A stretch of DNA of 64,000 nucleotides, taken from Anaerolineales bacterium (GTDB lineage Bacteria; Chloroflexota; Anaerolineae; Anaerolineales; Villigracilaceae). The stretch covers positions 1,031,216 through 1,095,215 of the forward strand of contig JABTUU010000001.1 of the NCBI GenBank assembly GCA_015075275.1, in the 5' to 3' direction. Positions 1 through 9,817 of the stretch are shown piece by piece. The notes below the pieces were generated by a model that ran no database searches, had not been told where the DNA came from, and was given only the letters and a program-made list of their open reading frames with translations. A program made the translations under genes and the position numbers. The first letter of the stretch is position 1; every line of letters begins with the position of its first letter.

Positions 1-1
1 C

Positions 2-817
2 GCAACGATCTGGTGGGATCATCTGCTATACGGCATGGCGCCGCCCGGCTTAGACGTTCGTCTCACAATTGACCTCGCATTGCAATCTCGCGCCGACGAA
101 CTTCTGCGCGGATATTCCGGCGCAGCGCTCGTCTTAAACGCAACGACCGGCGAGATCTTAACGATGGCGTCTCACCCAACATTCGATCCCAACCAGTTAG
201 CTGAAACCGGCGACACATTGCAAAGCGACCCTAGGCATCCGCTCATCAACCGCGCTACGCAAGGTCTGTATCCTACCGGCAGCCTCTTAGATCCGTTTGC
301 GCGGGCTGTAACGGGAAAACAAAGCTTAACAGACGCAGAGCGCGAATCGGTCTACGAAGCGATCGGCTTTCAACGAACGCCGCAAATTCAACTGCCCGCC
401 GCTCAATCGTTTTCAGCGGTCGGGCTGGAACATTTCCACATAACGCCTCTGCAAGCCGCGCTTGCCGCCGCCGCGCTCAGCGCGCATGGGATTGCCCCAG
501 CGCCGAACATTGCGTCGGCGGTCAACACGCCTGCCGACGGTTGGGTGGCGCTCCCTGCGCTAGGGGCGTCATTTGAAGCGCTGAACGCATCCATCGCGGA
601 TGAAACAGCGCAGAGTCTCATCCGCAGCGGCGACCGTTACTGGTCGCATCGCGGACGCGCAGTAGAAGGCAATTCTGCTGTCACATGGTTCATCGCCGGC
701 GCCCCCCCCAATTGGGGCGGCGTCCCCATCGTCGTCGTCGTTTTAATCGAAGAAGATAACCCGCAAGCGGCGGAACGCATCGGCTCACAATTGATCGCAG
801 GCGCAATGAATCCGTAG
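2..817 (+). CDS. Penicillin-binding protein transpeptidase-like domain, 5'-partial, catalytic motifs degenerate
   Basis: Frame is open from base 2. LTIDLALQ..GAALVLNATTGEILTMASHPTFDPN..INRATQGLYPTGS is the typical PBP2/FtsI transpeptidase entry. SxxK reads SLLD and KTG reads HRG. Confidence 0.8.
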   Translation, partial: ATIWWDHLLYGMAPPGLDVRLTIDLALQSRADELLRGYSGAALVLNATTGEILTMASHPTFDPNQLAETGDTLQSDPRHPLINRATQGLYPTGSLLDPFARAVTGKQSLTDAERESVYEAIGFQRTPQIQLPAAQSFSAVGLEHFHITPLQAALAAAALSAHGIAPAPNIASAVNTPADGWVALPALGASFEALNASIADETAQSLIRSGDRYWSHRGRAVEGNSAVTWFIAGAPPNWGGVPIVVVVLIEEDNPQAAERIGSQLIAGAMNP

Positions 818-865
818 TCTTGTTGCCTGTAATTACCAATGATATAATCTCGGGGCTTCACACAT

Positions 866-938
866 GGAGCCTGTAGCTCAATGGCAGAGCGCCACACTGT
901 GGATGTGGATGTTGTGGGTTCGAAACCCATCAGGCTCC
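866..938 (+). tRNA. tRNA-His (GTG)
   Basis: G-1 plus acceptor stem GAGCCTG/CAGGCTC with C73; anticodon arm CCACA-CT GTG GA-TGTGG; T-loop GGTTCGAA. Confidence 0.95.
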
Positions 939-945
939 CAACAAA

Positions 946-977
946 AGACCCTAAAGGAACAGACGCCTTTAGGGTCT
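946..977 (+). terminator. Hairpin downstream of tRNA-His
   Basis: agaccctaaagg / cctttagggtct, a 12-bp inverted repeat; no strong U-tract. Confidence 0.55.
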
Positions 978-998
978 ACTACTAGTGAGCGAATTCCT

Positions 999-2513
999 AT
1001 GACTCAAACTATCAACGTACTCTTCCTCGCAGCGGAAGCCGAGCCATTCATAAAAGTGGGCGGTCTCGGAGATGTGGCGGGTTCGTTGCCGCGCGCCCTC
1101 AAGGAACTTTCCAACAACGAAGTTAAATTCGACATCCGCGTCGTCCTGCCGCTGCATGCGGCAATCAAAGCCGGCTCGCTGAAACCGGTCAGCATGTTCT
1201 CGTTGCAGCGCGGCGACGTTGAAGTTCAAGCGGAAGCCTACGAAGGATCGCTCGACGGATTGCCGGTCTACTTCATCAATGGCGATGCGATCCGCGCCAG
1301 CGGTTCGGTCTATTCGTCTAACAACAAACTTGACGCGGAAAAATACGTCTTCTTTTCGCTTGCGGCGCTCGAATTGCCGCGACAGATTAACTGGACGCCG
1401 GACGTCATTCACTGCAACGACTGGCACACCGCGCTCGCCGCGTACAGCAACCTAGTCGAGCGTTGGGGAGATAGAAAGCGCCGCATCGCTTCTATTGTTA
1501 CGATACACAATCTTCCATTTCTCGGTCCCGACATCGGCGAGAAACTTGAGTCGTATAATTTGCCGCTCGCCAGCACCGACCTGCCCCATTGGGCGCGCGT
1601 CTTGCCGATGCCGCTCGGCTTATGGGCATCAGACGCCATTGTCGCCGTCTCGCCCACCTATGCCGCTGAGATCCTGCACGAAGAATTCGGATGCGGACTG
1701 CAAGAATTCTTCCGAAATCGAACCGACACGCTGCATGGAATTCTCAATGGGATTGATACAGTCTCATTCGACCCACAAACTGATTCAGCCTTACAGGTCA
1801 ACTATAACGCCGACGACCTCCCCGCCCGCGCAAAAAACAAACTCGCATTGCAAGAATCGCTCGGCTTGCCCGTCAATCCAGACGTTCCCCTGCTCGGCAT
1901 AGTCTCGCGGATGGACCCGCAAAAAGGCATAGACATCGCCCTCAAGGGCTTGCGTATGTTGAAAAAGCAGAATTGGCAACTGGCGCTGCTTGGCGCCGGC
2001 GACCCTAAACTGGAAGCTGCAGCAAAAAAACTACAAGAAGATTTTCCCGATCGTATCCGCATTGAAACGCGCTTCGATACGAAACTAGCGCGGCGCATCT
2101 ACGCCGGCGCCGACCTGCTGCTTATGCCCTCGCGCTACGAACCCTGCGGCATCTCACAGATGATCGCTATGCGTTACGGTTGCGTTCCGCTTGTGCGCGC
2201 TGTCGGCGGATTGCACGATACCGTCACCGAAGCGGAAACCGGCTTCGTCTTCGTAAGCGCGAATGTCAAAGCATTTAATGAAGCGCTGCGCCGCGCATTG
2301 ACCCTGTTTCCAGATCGTGCAGCGTGGCAAACCCTCCAAAGGAACGGCATGGCGACCGATTTCGGCTGGCGCGCTTCGGCGCAACAATACGCCGACCTCT
2401 ACAAACGACTCGCCGAGGAATTGCGCGAATCATATCGCGCCGCCGAAAATTCCAAATGGAATGTTCGCGAAGATAAGACCAAACTTCAACCGATTTATGG
2501 AGGAGGCGAATGA
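999..2513 (+). CDS. glgA: Glycogen synthase (GT5)
   Basis: KVGGLGDV, IHCNDWH and PSRYEPCG motifs. Start moved to ATG 999 because the longer ORF runs through the tRNA. Confidence 0.93.
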   Translation: MTQTINVLFLAAEAEPFIKVGGLGDVAGSLPRALKELSNNEVKFDIRVVLPLHAAIKAGSLKPVSMFSLQRGDVEVQAEAYEGSLDGLPVYFINGDAIRASGSVYSSNNKLDAEKYVFFSLAALELPRQINWTPDVIHCNDWHTALAAYSNLVERWGDRKRRIASIVTIHNLPFLGPDIGEKLESYNLPLASTDLPHWARVLPMPLGLWASDAIVAVSPTYAAEILHEEFGCGLQEFFRNRTDTLHGILNGIDTVSFDPQTDSALQVNYNADDLPARAKNKLALQESLGLPVNPDVPLLGIVSRMDPQKGIDIALKGLRMLKKQNWQLALLGAGDPKLEAAAKKLQEDFPDRIRIETRFDTKLARRIYAGADLLLMPSRYEPCGISQMIAMRYGCVPLVRAVGGLHDTVTEAETGFVFVSANVKAFNEALRRALTLFPDRAAWQTLQRNGMATDFGWRASAQQYADLYKRLAEELRESYRAAENSKWNVREDKTKLQPIYGGGE

Positions 2514-3778
2514 AAACGCGCGCTATCATCCTCGCTGGCGGCGAAGGCTCGCGGCTCGGCGTATTAACCAAGAAACGCACTAAGCCTGCTGTTCCATTCG
2601 CCGGCAAATATCGCATTATTGACTTCGCCCTCTCGAACTGCGTCAACTCGGGAATCTTCGATTTAATGGTGCTCGCTCAATATCGCCCGCAATCGCTCGT
2701 CGAACATATCGGCTCAGGCGCGCCTTGGGACCTCAACCGCGACTTCACCGGCGGCGTTAAAATCCTTACGCCATACAAAGCCCGCAACAACGCGGGCTGG
2801 TTCGCCGGCACTGCGGACGCCGTGCAACAGAATTTCAGTTTCATTAAACAAGGCAACCCCGATCTTATCCTCATCCTCTCAGGCGATCACATCTACACGA
2901 TGGACTATGAACCGATGATTTCCTTCCATCTGGATCATCAAGCCGACGTAACCATCGGGACCATCAGCGTCCCGCTCGAAGAAGCGCCGCGCTTCGGCAT
3001 CCTCGCCACAGACAATAATTATCGCGTCAAATCGTTCGTCGAAAAGCCCCCCAATCCGCCAGGCCGACTCGCCAACATGGGCGTCTATCTCTTTAACCGC
3101 TCCGTGTTGGACAAATGCCTATGGGAAGACAGTCAGCGCAAAGGCTCTTCGCACGATTTCGGCAAAGATATCTTGCCGCGGCTTGTCAAGGCTAAAGCGC
3201 AAGTATTCGCCTTCCCTTACACCGGTTATTGGATGGACGTTGGCACGGTCCAATCTTACTGGCAAGCGCACATGGATTTACTCGCGCCGTCGCCCGCGCT
3301 TAAGCTCTATAACCGCGATTGGATCATCCATACGCGCACCGAAGAATACCCTCCCGCGCGCCTGCCCGCCAGAGCCGATATCTATGCCAGCATGATCTGT
3401 CACGGCTGCTTTATCGAAGCGGGCGCGCGCGTTGAAAGCAGCGTCCTCTCGCCGGGCGTCATAATTCGCGCCGGCGCAGTAGTGCGCGAATCGATCATCG
3501 CCACCAACGCCGTCATCGAAAGCGGAGCGGTCGTCGAGCGCGCCATACTGGATAAACGCGCCCACATCGGGCAGAACGCCCGCATCGGCTGGGGCGTAGC
3601 CGATCAAGATATTCGCATCGCACTTGTCGGCAAAAACAGCGAAGTGCCGCCCGGATACGTCGTCGAGCCGGAAGCCGAGATCGGCACCGATGTTGCCATA
3701 GGCGATTACAGCGAAACTGAAACAGTTGTCCGCGCCGGGCAGACTGTGGAGACAAAAAGGCTGGCAAATGAAGTTTGA
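2510..3778 (+). CDS. glgC: Glucose-1-phosphate adenylyltransferase
   Basis: LAGGEGSRL..KPAVPFAGKYRIIDF, GTADAV, FVEKP, YWMDVGT; overlaps the glgA stop. Confidence 0.93.
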   Translation: MKTRAIILAGGEGSRLGVLTKKRTKPAVPFAGKYRIIDFALSNCVNSGIFDLMVLAQYRPQSLVEHIGSGAPWDLNRDFTGGVKILTPYKARNNAGWFAGTADAVQQNFSFIKQGNPDLILILSGDHIYTMDYEPMISFHLDHQADVTIGTISVPLEEAPRFGILATDNNYRVKSFVEKPPNPPGRLANMGVYLFNRSVLDKCLWEDSQRKGSSHDFGKDILPRLVKAKAQVFAFPYTGYWMDVGTVQSYWQAHMDLLAPSPALKLYNRDWIIHTRTEEYPPARLPARADIYASMICHGCFIEAGARVESSVLSPGVIIRAGAVVRESIIATNAVIESGAVVERAILDKRAHIGQNARIGWGVADQDIRIALVGKNSEVPPGYVVEPEAEIGTDVAIGDYSETETVVRAGQTVETKRLANEV

Positions 3779-5273
3779 TCGCGCCGGCGGAATCCTTTTA
3801 CACCCCACAAGCCTTCCAAGCCCGTACGGCATCGGCGACCTCGGTCCGCAAGCCTATCGTTTTGCTGACTGGCTCGCATCGGCAAACTGCAAACTTTGGC
3901 AAATTCTTCCGCTCGGACCGACGGGCTATGGCGATTCGCCATATCAATGTTTTTCCGCCTTCGCAGGCAATCCTTATCTAATTAGCCCAGACGTTTTGAT
4001 TCAAGATGGACTGCTGACTCAAGACGACTTGCGCGACACGCCGAAATTTCCTGCCTCTCGCGTAAATTTCGGCGCGCTCATCCCGTGGAAGCTAAATCTA
4101 CTCTCCAAATCTTTCGCTCGCCTCTCCGCCTCGACCCAAGACCTCCGCAACGGCTTCGATTATTTTTGCGCACAAAACGCGGCATGGTTGAACGACTTTT
4201 CTCTCTTCATGGCGTTGAAAGATTCGCACGGCGGGAAAGCGTGGAATACATGGGAAGAACCGCTCCGCGCGCGCAAGCAATCTGCCTTAGACGAGGCGCG
4301 TAAAAAATTATCAAACGATATCCATCGCCATTCGTTCTACCAATTTCTATTCTTCCGCCAATGGGAAAGTTTGCGAAAATACGCTAACGAAAAGGGATTG
4401 AAAATTATCGGCGACATGCCGATCTTCGTCGCCTACGACAGCGCCGACGTGTGGTCGCGCCCTGAATTATTTTTTCTCGATGAAGCAGGCGCTCCGACCG
4501 TCGTTGCCGGCGTGCCGCCCGATCTTTTCTCGCCCACCGGTCAATTATGGGGCAACCCGCTCTACCGCTGGGATGCACACAAAGAGTCTGGCTACGCATG
4601 GTGGCTGGAGCGGGTCAAGTCCGCGCTGAAATCGTTAGATATTTTGCGGCTCGATCACTTTCGCGGCTTTGCGGGTTATTACGAAATCTCCGCTGGGGAC
4701 AAAACCGCCGAACATGGACATTGGGTTCCGGGTCCCGGTTCCGATTTCTTCCGCACGCTCAACGAAAAACTTAGCGGCGGCGCGGCAGCCGCCGACCTCA
4801 ACCTCCCCATCATCGCCGAAGACCTTGGTTTGATCACGCCCGACGTAACCGCCCTGCTCGAAGAATTCAAACTGCCGGGCATGAAAGTATTGCAATTCGG
4901 CTTTTCCGGTCCCGATAACCCCTTTCTGCCGCATAACTATCCCGAAAATTGCGCGGCATATACCGGCACGCACGACAACAACACCGCGCGAGGCTGGCTT
5001 GAAGCCGCTGACGAAAATGAGCGTGAATTCGCGCTGAAATATTTAGAATCGGATGGAAGCAACTTCGCGTGGGATTTGATCCGCGCGGTCTGGTCGTCGG
5101 TAGCCACGATCGCCATGACGCCTATGCAAGACGTGTTGAACTGCGGCGGCGAAGCGCGCATGAACTTCCCTTCCACGCTAGGCGGCAATTGGGAGTGGCG
5201 GATGAACGAAGGCGATTTGACCGAGTCGCTGGCTGAACGGCTGAAAGAATTGAATTGGTTGTATTTGAGATAA
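3768..5273 (+). CDS. malQ: 4-alpha-glucanotransferase (GH77 amylomaltase)
   Basis: GILLHPTSLP, WQILPLGPT, RLDHFRG, IIAEDLG and YTGTHDNNT motifs. Confidence 0.95.
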   Translation: MKFDRAGGILLHPTSLPSPYGIGDLGPQAYRFADWLASANCKLWQILPLGPTGYGDSPYQCFSAFAGNPYLISPDVLIQDGLLTQDDLRDTPKFPASRVNFGALIPWKLNLLSKSFARLSASTQDLRNGFDYFCAQNAAWLNDFSLFMALKDSHGGKAWNTWEEPLRARKQSALDEARKKLSNDIHRHSFYQFLFFRQWESLRKYANEKGLKIIGDMPIFVAYDSADVWSRPELFFLDEAGAPTVVAGVPPDLFSPTGQLWGNPLYRWDAHKESGYAWWLERVKSALKSLDILRLDHFRGFAGYYEISAGDKTAEHGHWVPGPGSDFFRTLNEKLSGGAAAADLNLPIIAEDLGLITPDVTALLEEFKLPGMKVLQFGFSGPDNPFLPHNYPENCAAYTGTHDNNTARGWLEAADENEREFALKYLESDGSNFAWDLIRAVWSSVATIAMTPMQDVLNCGGEARMNFPSTLGGNWEWRMNEGDLTESLAERLKELNWLYLR

Positions 5274-5396
5274 CAAAATTCGTGGCTTGATCTCGGGGTC
5301 TTGCGTAAGTCCTATTAGCCCTATTTGAAGCAATTAACCGCGATAATTTCCCCACAAGATCATTACAATCAGCTTGCAAATTCGCCTTTTTAATCC

Positions 5397-5426
5397 TTGA
5401 CTAATCTTTGTCTTAATTATTATAAT
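5397..5426 (+). promoter_or_regulatory. Putative sigma70 promoter for the sortase-fusion gene
   Basis: ttgact-N18-tataat in an AT-rich intergenic region; RBS aggag precedes ATG 5517. Confidence 0.5.
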
Positions 5427-5516
5427 CGCAGGTAAGGATGCTCTCAGGGACTCGCCGCCTCAACACCACTATTCCCCTCAAAGAATATCTTAAAATTTAT
5501 TTACCAGGAGAATCGG

Positions 5517-7511
5517 ATGAAACTATCAGTTGTTTTCAAGGCGTTTACAGCTTTAATGATTGCTATGCTGGTCTTTGGCGCATTGCCAACCAGCCAAGCG
5601 CGCGCCGCCACGTTATGCGTAGGAGGCGGCGGCTGTCACGCAACCATCCAAGACGCTATTAACGCCGCTTCCGCTGGCGATACGATTAACGTCAATCCGG
5701 GGACTTATAACGAAGATATTACGATCGGCAAATCGTTAACGCTCAGCGGCGCTGATTCCGCCACGACGATCATCGTCGGTCAAATTGGCGGACCCTCTGC
5801 TGCAACCGTGCGGATTCAGGCGAGCAACGTCACGGTTCAGGAATTTACGATCACTCGCGCTGGAAATAATCCGGTGGATTGGAATAACGTATCTCTCAAC
5901 TCGGCGGGAATTGCCATTCAAGGCGTGGCATATACCAACGCGCTAATTCTAAATAACATAATTACCGGCAACCGCACAGGCATTGATATCAACCTAAGCT
6001 CGGGACACACAATTACAGGAAACGACATTAGCGATAATCATACCGGTATGATTTTCCGTAACCAGACTGATAACTTGACCGTCATGTACAACAAAATCAT
6101 GAACAATCGGACAGTAGGCGTTCTTTTCTTGGACGCCAGCGGCGGCTCAAACATTCCGGTGCAATCCGCTATTGGCTCGATGTTTCGCGGCAACAATATT
6201 AGCGGCAATTGGTACGGTCAAGCCGTAGATCGTCAAACTGGCGGCGCTTTGCCGCTGCCCAACACGACAAACACAAAAGACTTTCAGGGCAATTGGTGGG
6301 GCGTTCCTACTCCGGTGGTAGCGATTCAAAATAGCGGCGAACCTCTCTATAGCTTACTTATGCCGGTCGCCTATGGCGGATCGGCAGTTCCGCCATCGCC
6401 TCAACCCGATATCCTTGGCTTAGCCGCAGAAAACATCCTCTACCTCTCATCGCCTTGCGACTACTATAGCTGCCCGTGGACTACGCCTTTATTAATTACC
6501 ACGACCGGCAGCGTCCCAGCGGACGGTGACATACTCAACGCAGGCATTTCGCAACTAACGGTTACTTTCAATAAAGGCGCCTTAGACGACGGTTCCGCGC
6601 AAGCCGCCAACAACGTCGTCAACTACATGCTGTATGAATATGGCGTCAACGCCTCATCCGATACAATCAACTGCATGAGCGGCATCGGCGGAGACGACGT
6701 CAATATCGCCGTCAATAGCGCAACCTACGATCCCATAACATTTACCGCCACAATTAATGTGAACAGCGGCGTCCCCCTGCCTGCTGGAAGATATCGCCTG
6801 TTGGTCTGCGGAACGACTTCCATTGAAGACAACGATAATAACGAATTGAATTGGGGCGCGATTGACAGCGCGGTTAACTTCACGGTACTGGCGACGCCGA
6901 CGCCCACCGCATCCCCGACGCCCACTGGCTCTCTCACGCCCACTGCATCCCCGACGCCTTCTGGCTCTCTCACGCCCGGTTCTCCCAGCCTCAATGCTTT
7001 CGCATTACCTGCTACCGGTTTCGCCGTAGGGCGAACAACTACGCTTTCATCGCCAAGCGTCGCCTATAATACGCTCGGCGACCTATGGCTTGAAATCCCA
7101 CGCTTGGGCGTAAAAATGCCCATCGTCGGCGTTCCGCAAGCCGTCAACGGAAACTGGGATGTCTCGTGGCTGGGCAACAACGCCGGCTGGCTGCAAGGGA
7201 CCGCATTCCCCACTTGGAGCGGCAATTCAGCGATCACCGGTCACGTTTGGGGCGCGGACAATAAAGCCGGCCCGTTCTTGTCCATTAATACGCTCTGGTA
7301 TGGCGACCGCATCAGCGTTCACGCTTGGGGACAGGAATACGTCTACGAAGTCCGTTCCGTATCGCAAGTAGAGCCTAATGCGACAACCTCCGCCTTCCAG
7401 CATAAGGATGTCCCTTGGCTGACGCTCATCACCTGCCGCTCTTACGATGAAGCGTCCGACGCCTATCGTTATCGCGTGTTGGTGCAAGCAGTGCAAGTGA
7501 CTATTAAATAG
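5517..7511 (+). CDS. Secreted right-handed beta-helix (NosD/pectin-lyase-like) protein with Ig-like domain, PT linker, LPATG motif and C-terminal sortase domain
   Basis: Signal peptide ending ARA; ATIQDAINAASAGDTINVNPGTY and Asn-ladder repeats; sortase His (ITGH), Cys (LITC) and Arg (YRYR); LPATG at 7005-7019. Confidence 0.85.
   Translation: MKLSVVFKAFTALMIAMLVFGALPTSQARAATLCVGGGGCHATIQDAINAASAGDTINVNPGTYNEDITIGKSLTLSGADSATTIIVGQIGGPSAATVRIQASNVTVQEFTITRAGNNPVDWNNVSLNSAGIAIQGVAYTNALILNNIITGNRTGIDINLSSGHTITGNDISDNHTGMIFRNQTDNLTVMYNKIMNNRTVGVLFLDASGGSNIPVQSAIGSMFRGNNISGNWYGQAVDRQTGGALPLPNTTNTKDFQGNWWGVPTPVVAIQNSGEPLYSLLMPVAYGGSAVPPSPQPDILGLAAENILYLSSPCDYYSCPWTTPLLITTTGSVPADGDILNAGISQLTVTFNKGALDDGSAQAANNVVNYMLYEYGVNASSDTINCMSGIGGDDVNIAVNSATYDPITFTATINVNSGVPLPAGRYRLLVCGTTSIEDNDNNELNWGAIDSAVNFTVLATPTPTASPTPTGSLTPTASPTPSGSLTPGSPSLNAFALPATGFAVGRTTTLSSPSVAYNTLGDLWLEIPRLGVKMPIVGVPQAVNGNWDVSWLGNNAGWLQGTAFPTWSGNSAITGHVWGADNKAGPFLSINTLWYGDRISVHAWGQEYVYEVRSVSQVEPNATTSAFQHKDVPWLTLITCRSYDEASDAYRYRVLVQAVQVTIK
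6900..6971 (+). repeat. 2 x 36-bp tandem repeat encoding a Thr/Pro/Ser linker
   Basis: acgcccaccgcatccccgacgcccactggctctctc followed by acgcccactgcatccccgacgccttctggctctctc. Confidence 0.9.
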
Positions 7512-7537
7512 ACTATCGTCTCTTACCGCTTAACATG

Positions 7538-7568
7538 GCAGAGTCCCATCTTTAAGATGGGACTCTGC
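7538..7568. terminator. Hairpin between convergent genes
   Basis: gcagagtcccatct / agatgggactctgc inverted repeat. Confidence 0.7.
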
Positions 7569-7648
7569 TCATTAACGCGGCGCGCTCCTCCTTGCTCAAC
7601 AAAGCGCCGCGTCCAAACTTCTTGGAGCGTTGTTTTATCTTAAAATCA

Positions 7649-9817
7649 TTACGGCGTGTAGTATTCGACAATCAACGCCGGTCGATTTCCTGCAGTTGGG
7701 GTATTGCCGCTATAAAAACGGATAAAATCCGCGCTGCCATTATCGTTATCGCCAAGGGCAAATCTCAAGCGAAATTGCGTTCGCCCTGTTTTATTGATGT
7801 AAGCGAGAATATCGCTCGTCCACACGCGTACATGCCAGCCATTCACTCGCGTAGACGGAAGCACGCCGACCGCATGCTTCGTTGCCGCGGCTTGAAAATC
7901 AATTAACTCAAGACCGGGATCGTTGCTAAACGCGCCGTTTCGCACATCCACAATCAACCTGCCGAGCGAAGTAAACGCATTCGTTCCAATCGTGCGGAAG
8001 AATCGAATCTTGAGCGTGACCTTCGTAATCACTGCGTTATCAGGAAGAGACGAAGTATCAAAAGACAAAAAGCCGCGATACTGGCGATCATCCGCATCAT
8101 CTCCCACACTGAACGCCCCCGTCGAACGATTGAGCATTCCGCCCGTAGAGCTATTCTCCGTCGCCTCCAACGTCCAACCGTCTTCCGCTCCAATCGAACG
8201 GAAAACGCTTCTACCCGGGACAGCCGAAGAGGCGCCAAAATACGCGCCCGGCGGGCTGATCGTAGCGCGAGTCGCGCCGGCGGCATCCGCGTCCACCGCA
8301 TTTGAAAGAATTCCCGGCGGAACGGAAGGCAAGGCAGGCGCATCGCTCCATATAAAATCAGGAATGGGATATGTCGTCGCAGTAAACACATTTCCGCCTG
8401 CCACAGGATGGAAGTCTCCGCCGGCAGGGTTGACTAGCTGCGGCTGGATGACGTTAATGGCGTTGTCAGCGCGTAATTGCGTTTCATTGCAAGTTGGGTT
8501 CGCAGGACGACATCCTTCACTCGAATCTTCAATTCCCAGAGGATGACCTGCCGGCCCGTTCCAGATGATGTTGCCGCGAATTCTTAAATTCACATCCGTT
8601 TTTGCGGGATTGGGAATATTCGAACCGCCCGCAGGCGTGCGCGGTCCATAAATAGCAAAATGCTGCCACGCGCTCTGGAAGCCGGCCGGGTTATAAACAA
8701 TATTATTGTAGATATACACATTGCGGTCAGGGATAGGCTCTTCGTCTCCAATAATATTTCTGCCCCATCCTCCCGCAAGCCGATTCGCATTGCATTGCGC
8801 AGCGTCGCCATCGCAAGAGCGCCCGCCAAAAACAACCTCGATCGCATGGCTGCGGCTGCCCACGCGATAGCAAGTGTTGTAAGCCATCAAGGTGTTATAG
8901 CCGCCGTTGACGCCAAAACACGCTCCTTCGACGTCGTGGATAACGTTATTGACAAATTTGACGTCATACGTTTCGTAATGCAGCCAAGGCGAGGACATGT
9001 ATTCAAACCCTGTGCCTTGCCCAGCGGTGAATCCGCCTGTGCCGCAGTTGTAAATAACATTCCCTTCCACGCGGATATAGGCTGAGCCGCCCTTCACATA
9101 GGCGCACCAGTCATCGCCGTCGTGGATTTTATTTTTTACAATATGACCATATTGCACAGATACGAAGTCAATTACATTTTCGTACGAGCCCGAAAGGTCG
9201 CTGTTTTCTATATAGAGATATTGCGACTGATTAACTTTAACGGTTTCATGCGCATCGCCATTCCCTCTGAAATCTACGTTGCGCAACAACAAATGATCGC
9301 ACAGCTCGCAATGCAATACGTCGCCGTTGACATTAATGGTCAATGATTCGATATAGAGATAGCGCGTATCGTAAATATTCAAATCGCCGAGCAAAACGAT
9401 CTGCCCGCGCGCCCCATTGCCGCGTATCCAAACAGGAGCATCATATGCGCCATAGCGCGACTCTAAGTAAACTGGAATGGAAGATTCGGGATAGCTGCCC
9501 GGCTGGAGATTAATGCGCACGCCTTCGTTCAACACAACGTTCATCGGAACGTCGTTCCATGCGGCGCTGATGGTGCGAAAGGCGGCAGCGGGCGAAGCGC
9601 CGTCATTGGCGTCGTTTCCATTAACGGGGTCCACCCAGATATCGCGCAAAGAGGGGCTTCCAGTCGCATATAACTCATAAGCAGGCGCGCGAGCCTCGAT
9701 GGATTCTCCGGCTTGGGCTGGCGCAGCCTGCGCAGAATCTGTGCGGGAAGTAAAGACAGAAAGAACAAGAATTCCAATAGAAAAAGTTGCTTTCATCAAG
9801 CGTGTCAGGGTCGGCAT
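7649..9817 (-). CDS. Secreted right-handed beta-helix protein with C-terminal DNRLRE-like domain
   Basis: Signal peptide; IWVDPVNGNDANDGASPAAAFRTI (DUF1565-like start); parallel beta-helix repeats; C-terminal YRGFLSFDTSSLPDNAVITKVTLKIR. Confidence 0.7.
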   Translation of the reverse strand: MPTLTRLMKATFSIGILVLSVFTSRTDSAQAAPAQAGESIEARAPAYELYATGSPSLRDIWVDPVNGNDANDGASPAAAFRTISAAWNDVPMNVVLNEGVRINLQPGSYPESSIPVYLESRYGAYDAPVWIRGNGARGQIVLLGDLNIYDTRYLYIESLTINVNGDVLHCELCDHLLLRNVDFRGNGDAHETVKVNQSQYLYIENSDLSGSYENVIDFVSVQYGHIVKNKIHDGDDWCAYVKGGSAYIRVEGNVIYNCGTGGFTAGQGTGFEYMSSPWLHYETYDVKFVNNVIHDVEGACFGVNGGYNTLMAYNTCYRVGSRSHAIEVVFGGRSCDGDAAQCNANRLAGGWGRNIIGDEEPIPDRNVYIYNNIVYNPAGFQSAWQHFAIYGPRTPAGGSNIPNPAKTDVNLRIRGNIIWNGPAGHPLGIEDSSEGCRPANPTCNETQLRADNAINVIQPQLVNPAGGDFHPVAGGNVFTATTYPIPDFIWSDAPALPSVPPGILSNAVDADAAGATRATISPPGAYFGASSAVPGRSVFRSIGAEDGWTLEATENSSTGGMLNRSTGAFSVGDDADDRQYRGFLSFDTSSLPDNAVITKVTLKIRFFRTIGTNAFTSLGRLIVDVRNGAFSNDPGLELIDFQAAATKHAVGVLPSTRVNGWHVRVWTSDILAYINKTGRTQFRLRFALGDNDNGSADFIRFYSGNTPTAGNRPALIVEYYTP

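Noticed and set aside
866-938. tRNA genes (His here, Gln at 56552) as island integration sites
   Set aside because: No integrase, no duplicated tRNA 3' end and housekeeping-type neighbours.
931-941. tRNA-His 3' end reads C73-C-A, one C short of CCA
   Set aside because: tRNA-Gln here also lacks encoded CCA, so post-transcriptional addition, or a homopolymer miscall, explains it.
864-998. N-terminal extension of the glgA ORF (MEPVAQWQ...)
   Set aside because: It overlaps tRNA-His and its terminator; the real start is ATG 999.
999-5273. Glycogen cluster lacking glgB/glgX/glgP
   Set aside because: Split glycogen operons are common, and the missing genes may lie elsewhere in the genome.
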